Shown one piece after another: positions 33,796 to 36,858 of a stretch of 36,858 bases of DNA (the stretch's first letter is position 1; each line of letters starts with the position of its first letter). Both the position numbers and the translations under genes were made by a program. The DNA is from Acanthaster planci (Eukaryota), in contig NW_019091361.1 of NCBI RefSeq assembly GCF_001949145.1, forward strand, positions 2,899,825 through 2,936,682, written 5' to 3'. Below the pieces are notes generated by a model. It did no database searches, was not told the origin of the DNA, and saw only the letters and a program-made list of their open reading frames with translations.

Positions 33796-34622
33796 AATTT
33801 CATTCCCATGTTCAAGCCTGATGGAAGGGGAAACCACCACTGGCTTGCCTGAAAACTGTTGGCCAATTCAATTATTTTGACTAGTGGGTGTAATGTGGTA
33901 TTACAAGACAGGAGAGTGATGGGCTGCTTGGCCAAATTTTGAAAGTCAAATTTCTTTTTGGTCCAGCATAGAGTCCGAATTTCAAAACATGAGTACTGTA
34001 CTGCGTCCCCTCCCCCTTCAAGAGCAAACCCTGTGTGCGAGTTTCGAACCTATAGTTAGCCAAACCTAACCATAATCAACAGAAATGAACCCTATAGTTT
34101 GCAGTCGCTAGTCACAAGTGATTATTTCCGGCAGTTGAAGAAGATGGAAATTCACAGACGTTAGCCTAACGGCAAAACTACACAGCTATGCACTATCAGC
34201 CCCACTCGAGGTCATAGGCCCATAACCTGGATGAGAGACAACCTTTTCCAATTGTTCACGTTTTCGGGGGGAGGGCTACTAAATGATGCAGGCCAATATA
34301 AACAGGCCGAAAACTGCTCACACGGGCCAAATAGCAATCATTTGGTATGCACTCAAATTTTCTACAAAATAGGGCATTTTGTGGCCCATGAACTTGAAGA
34401 TTTGTAGAAAAGACAGGTGTGGGCGAGCAAAGAGAATACCAGCTTTCGTCAGAGTGAGATTGGGAAGAATCTATTTTTCAAGCAGTGTTGGCATCGATAT
34501 TTCAAAATGGCCAGGGGCTCCAAGACTGCGTTTTTAGGGGTGACCTTCCGCGGAAATAAATATCTTAAGAAGTCATCGGTTAATGAATGGAAATTTGACA
34601 AGAAAATGAAAAATCAGAAAGT

Positions 34623-34858
34623 GGGCTTTGATTTGACGTGCGTCTCAAACGCCTGAGAAACTGGTGAGTATTTTTCCTGATTTGTTTGAATTTCGGGTAT
34701 TTATCACTGTTGGCTGGGGCAGTTTATTTTACTGGCCTGCAACCTATTGGGCACTAGACCAGTGAATCAGTTGCTACAAACAACAGTGATAAATATCCCC
34801 AATTAAGAAAATCATGAAAAATACAAGTTTCACAGGTGTTCAAGACAGGCAAAGCCCT
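34623..34858. mobile_element. Fold-back MITE; related copies at ~4108-4211 and ~4703-4806
   Basis: Arms 34623-34712 and 34781-34858 are inverted; the reverse complement of 34631-34744 aligns to ggttgcaggccagtaaataaactgcc...gagacgcacatcaaat at 4108. Confidence 0.75.
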
Positions 34859-36735
34859 CTTTAGCTTGTTATAGTACAGCTCTGAAGACAAATGACACTG
34901 CATTCGATTTGAATGCTTCCATATTTATATGAACAGATAAAATCAGAAAAAAACCTGTTTTTTCTTTAGAGGTGCTCTTTAAAATAAGGAACATGTTGAG
35001 GTTGACAAGTTCCCCATATTGTCCCCAGGGTCGTAATGTAAACAGCACATGAACAAATCATAAATGGAAGATTTTCAAACAAGGTGAAACAGTCTTCCAT
35101 TAAGTAGAAAATTCTTTCTCTCCTAATTCTGACAAAACAGTGAAATTTAGGGGTAAAATTGCTATGTGAACATTCCAAAATCCATTCCACGATCATATGT
35201 ATGAAGATAGTATGAAGATATGAATGATGTTAGCTATGGGTGAGTTTTGACATATTTCTATGATATACCTTGTAGTATTGTATTCAGGCTTGTAAGTAAT
35301 AAAACGTTTCAATAGTGACTTGCTGGCTTATTAACCAGTCTGTGGGAACAAGCCGACGTCTGTAGGATACGTCTGTAAGGGCGCGTCTATTTTCCAAAAG
35401 TCTGAGCAACAGCTAGACAAAGACTCGACGCTGCAGTGGCACGGCGCGACGGCTCGCCGGCATGACGCAAACTTTCGTTGCGACGGCACGATGCAACAGC
35501 ACAACGTGCAAACAAGCGGCCTGACGCAAAGCTCGATCGGACACGAAAGTACCAAACAGTAACATAGCATCGGGACAAGTGACGATTTTGTGTCACTGTG
35601 ATAAAACAACAAATAGGGCGGCATTGAGAACAACTGCCAGTCCGACGATACTTAAGTCAAGATATGATGTGACATGTTTTATAGGCGTAGTAGTAACTTT
35701 AGACTGCAGGGCTTTGACCTTCAGGGTTAAGTCTTGGACGAAAGGATTGTGGGTCAAAGCCTTGCTCCAACACTGGCTTGTACTCAGACTAGACTGTCAT
35801 GAAATGGCATGAACGATGACGTGATCATGTGATTTATAAAATTTGAATATTCAGTGCAACCTATCTTGCACCAAGTTGCATTTTGACAAACTGAATTTGC
35901 AACTTCTTATTTAAAGGATAGCTACAACAATTTCTTTTAATGTAAACCGTCAAAGAGCACTTTTCTGTCTAACTTGATCTTACTGTCAACTTTGTTTCAG
36001 GATTTTCAAAGGGTGTTTTATTGCCTTTTTTATGTTCGCGCTACGAGAACTTCCATATTCATGGGCACAACTGTAATGCTACCCCTGGTGAAACCCTCGA
36101 TGCAAGATAGTATTGATAGGAAGAAGCGCACTGATGTATTCACATTAGCATTTCACACAACTGAAAATACGACAACTTCAAGGTCCACATTTTAAAAATG
36201 AATTATAAACTGACAGGAAAAGTGCTCACTTTTCAACTACATCTTTACAGAGAAGGAATTTACTGTAAGAGGCACCATTCACAAGGCAGGGAAATGTGTC
36301 TGAAGGACTACACCACAGATCAGATCCATCACATCACATAACATATTATTTAGCAGAACTATTGGGGTCCTGATTCAACCTTCGGCTGTCATTTTGTATA
36401 AGTAAAGAAAACGAAATAAACAGCCCCCCCCAAAAAAAAAGATAAAAAATGGCGTGTTATTAACACAATTTTATGAAAGAGTTCATGCGTGTAGGTAGTC
36501 TAGTGTCCAGACGTGGTCCAGGGAGTCAGACTTGCCCATATAAAAGCATACATTCAAAACTACTAAAGGAGAAGCTGTCAGGGAGAACGACCATTGTTTC
36601 TTTGTATGTGTATTTTGCTACGTGACGCACCATCGTAGCGTTTTAGTCAGGAAGCATAAACAGAAACATTCTGCACAGTAGAGTTAATGGTTTTATTATC
36701 TCCTTAAGACGAACAGCGGAAAGCAACTTCTATGA

Positions 36736-36812
36736 AATGGTCAAATGGTTAAGGTCGCGATTTTCAAATCGTTGGTCAGTGGGTTCGAATCCCACTGGCG
36801 GCTTTTTTATTT
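36736..36812 (+). pseudogene. tRNA-like fragment (pseudo-tRNA or SINE head)
   Basis: A-box-like tggtcaaatgg, perfect T arm gtggg-ttcgaat-cccac, followed by a T-run; the acceptor stem does not pair and the anticodon loop is irregular. Confidence 0.55.
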
Positions 36813-36858
36813 TCCCAAACTTGCTGTCAGTCAGTTGCTATAAGAGACGTTAAATTCA

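Noticed and set aside
35331..35812. CpG-rich ORFs near the right end
   Set aside because: No protein motifs; the sequence looks like non-coding repeat interior and I could not define termini

Overview
Eukaryotic genomic DNA, intron-rich and repeat-rich; a marine invertebrate deuterostome such as an echinoderm is my inference from gene content, not something shown. Two genes lie head-to-head. (1) On the minus strand, an NLR-type immune receptor (ATG 16498 to stop 7592, 5 coding exons, about 2240 aa once two single-base frameshifts are repaired). My manual splicing gives: low-complexity leader, ubiquitin-like domain ending in LLGG, DEATH domain, NACHT, then about 24-25 tandem 52-aa double-LRR units, one of which has degenerated into a transmembrane-like stretch. 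(2) On the plus strand, a complete 13-exon clan-3 cytochrome P450 (20365-31855, 517 aa) with TBXAS1/CYP5A-like exon lengths. Also present: exons of an unidentified minus-strand gene at the left edge, a ~600 bp duplication across an N (probably an assembly artefact), a decayed L2/CR1 LINE, tRNA-derived fragments, several MITE-like elements, a 74-bp minisatellite and palindrome clusters. The most interesting observation is the potentially cleavable UBL-GG fused directly ahead of the NLR DEATH domain.
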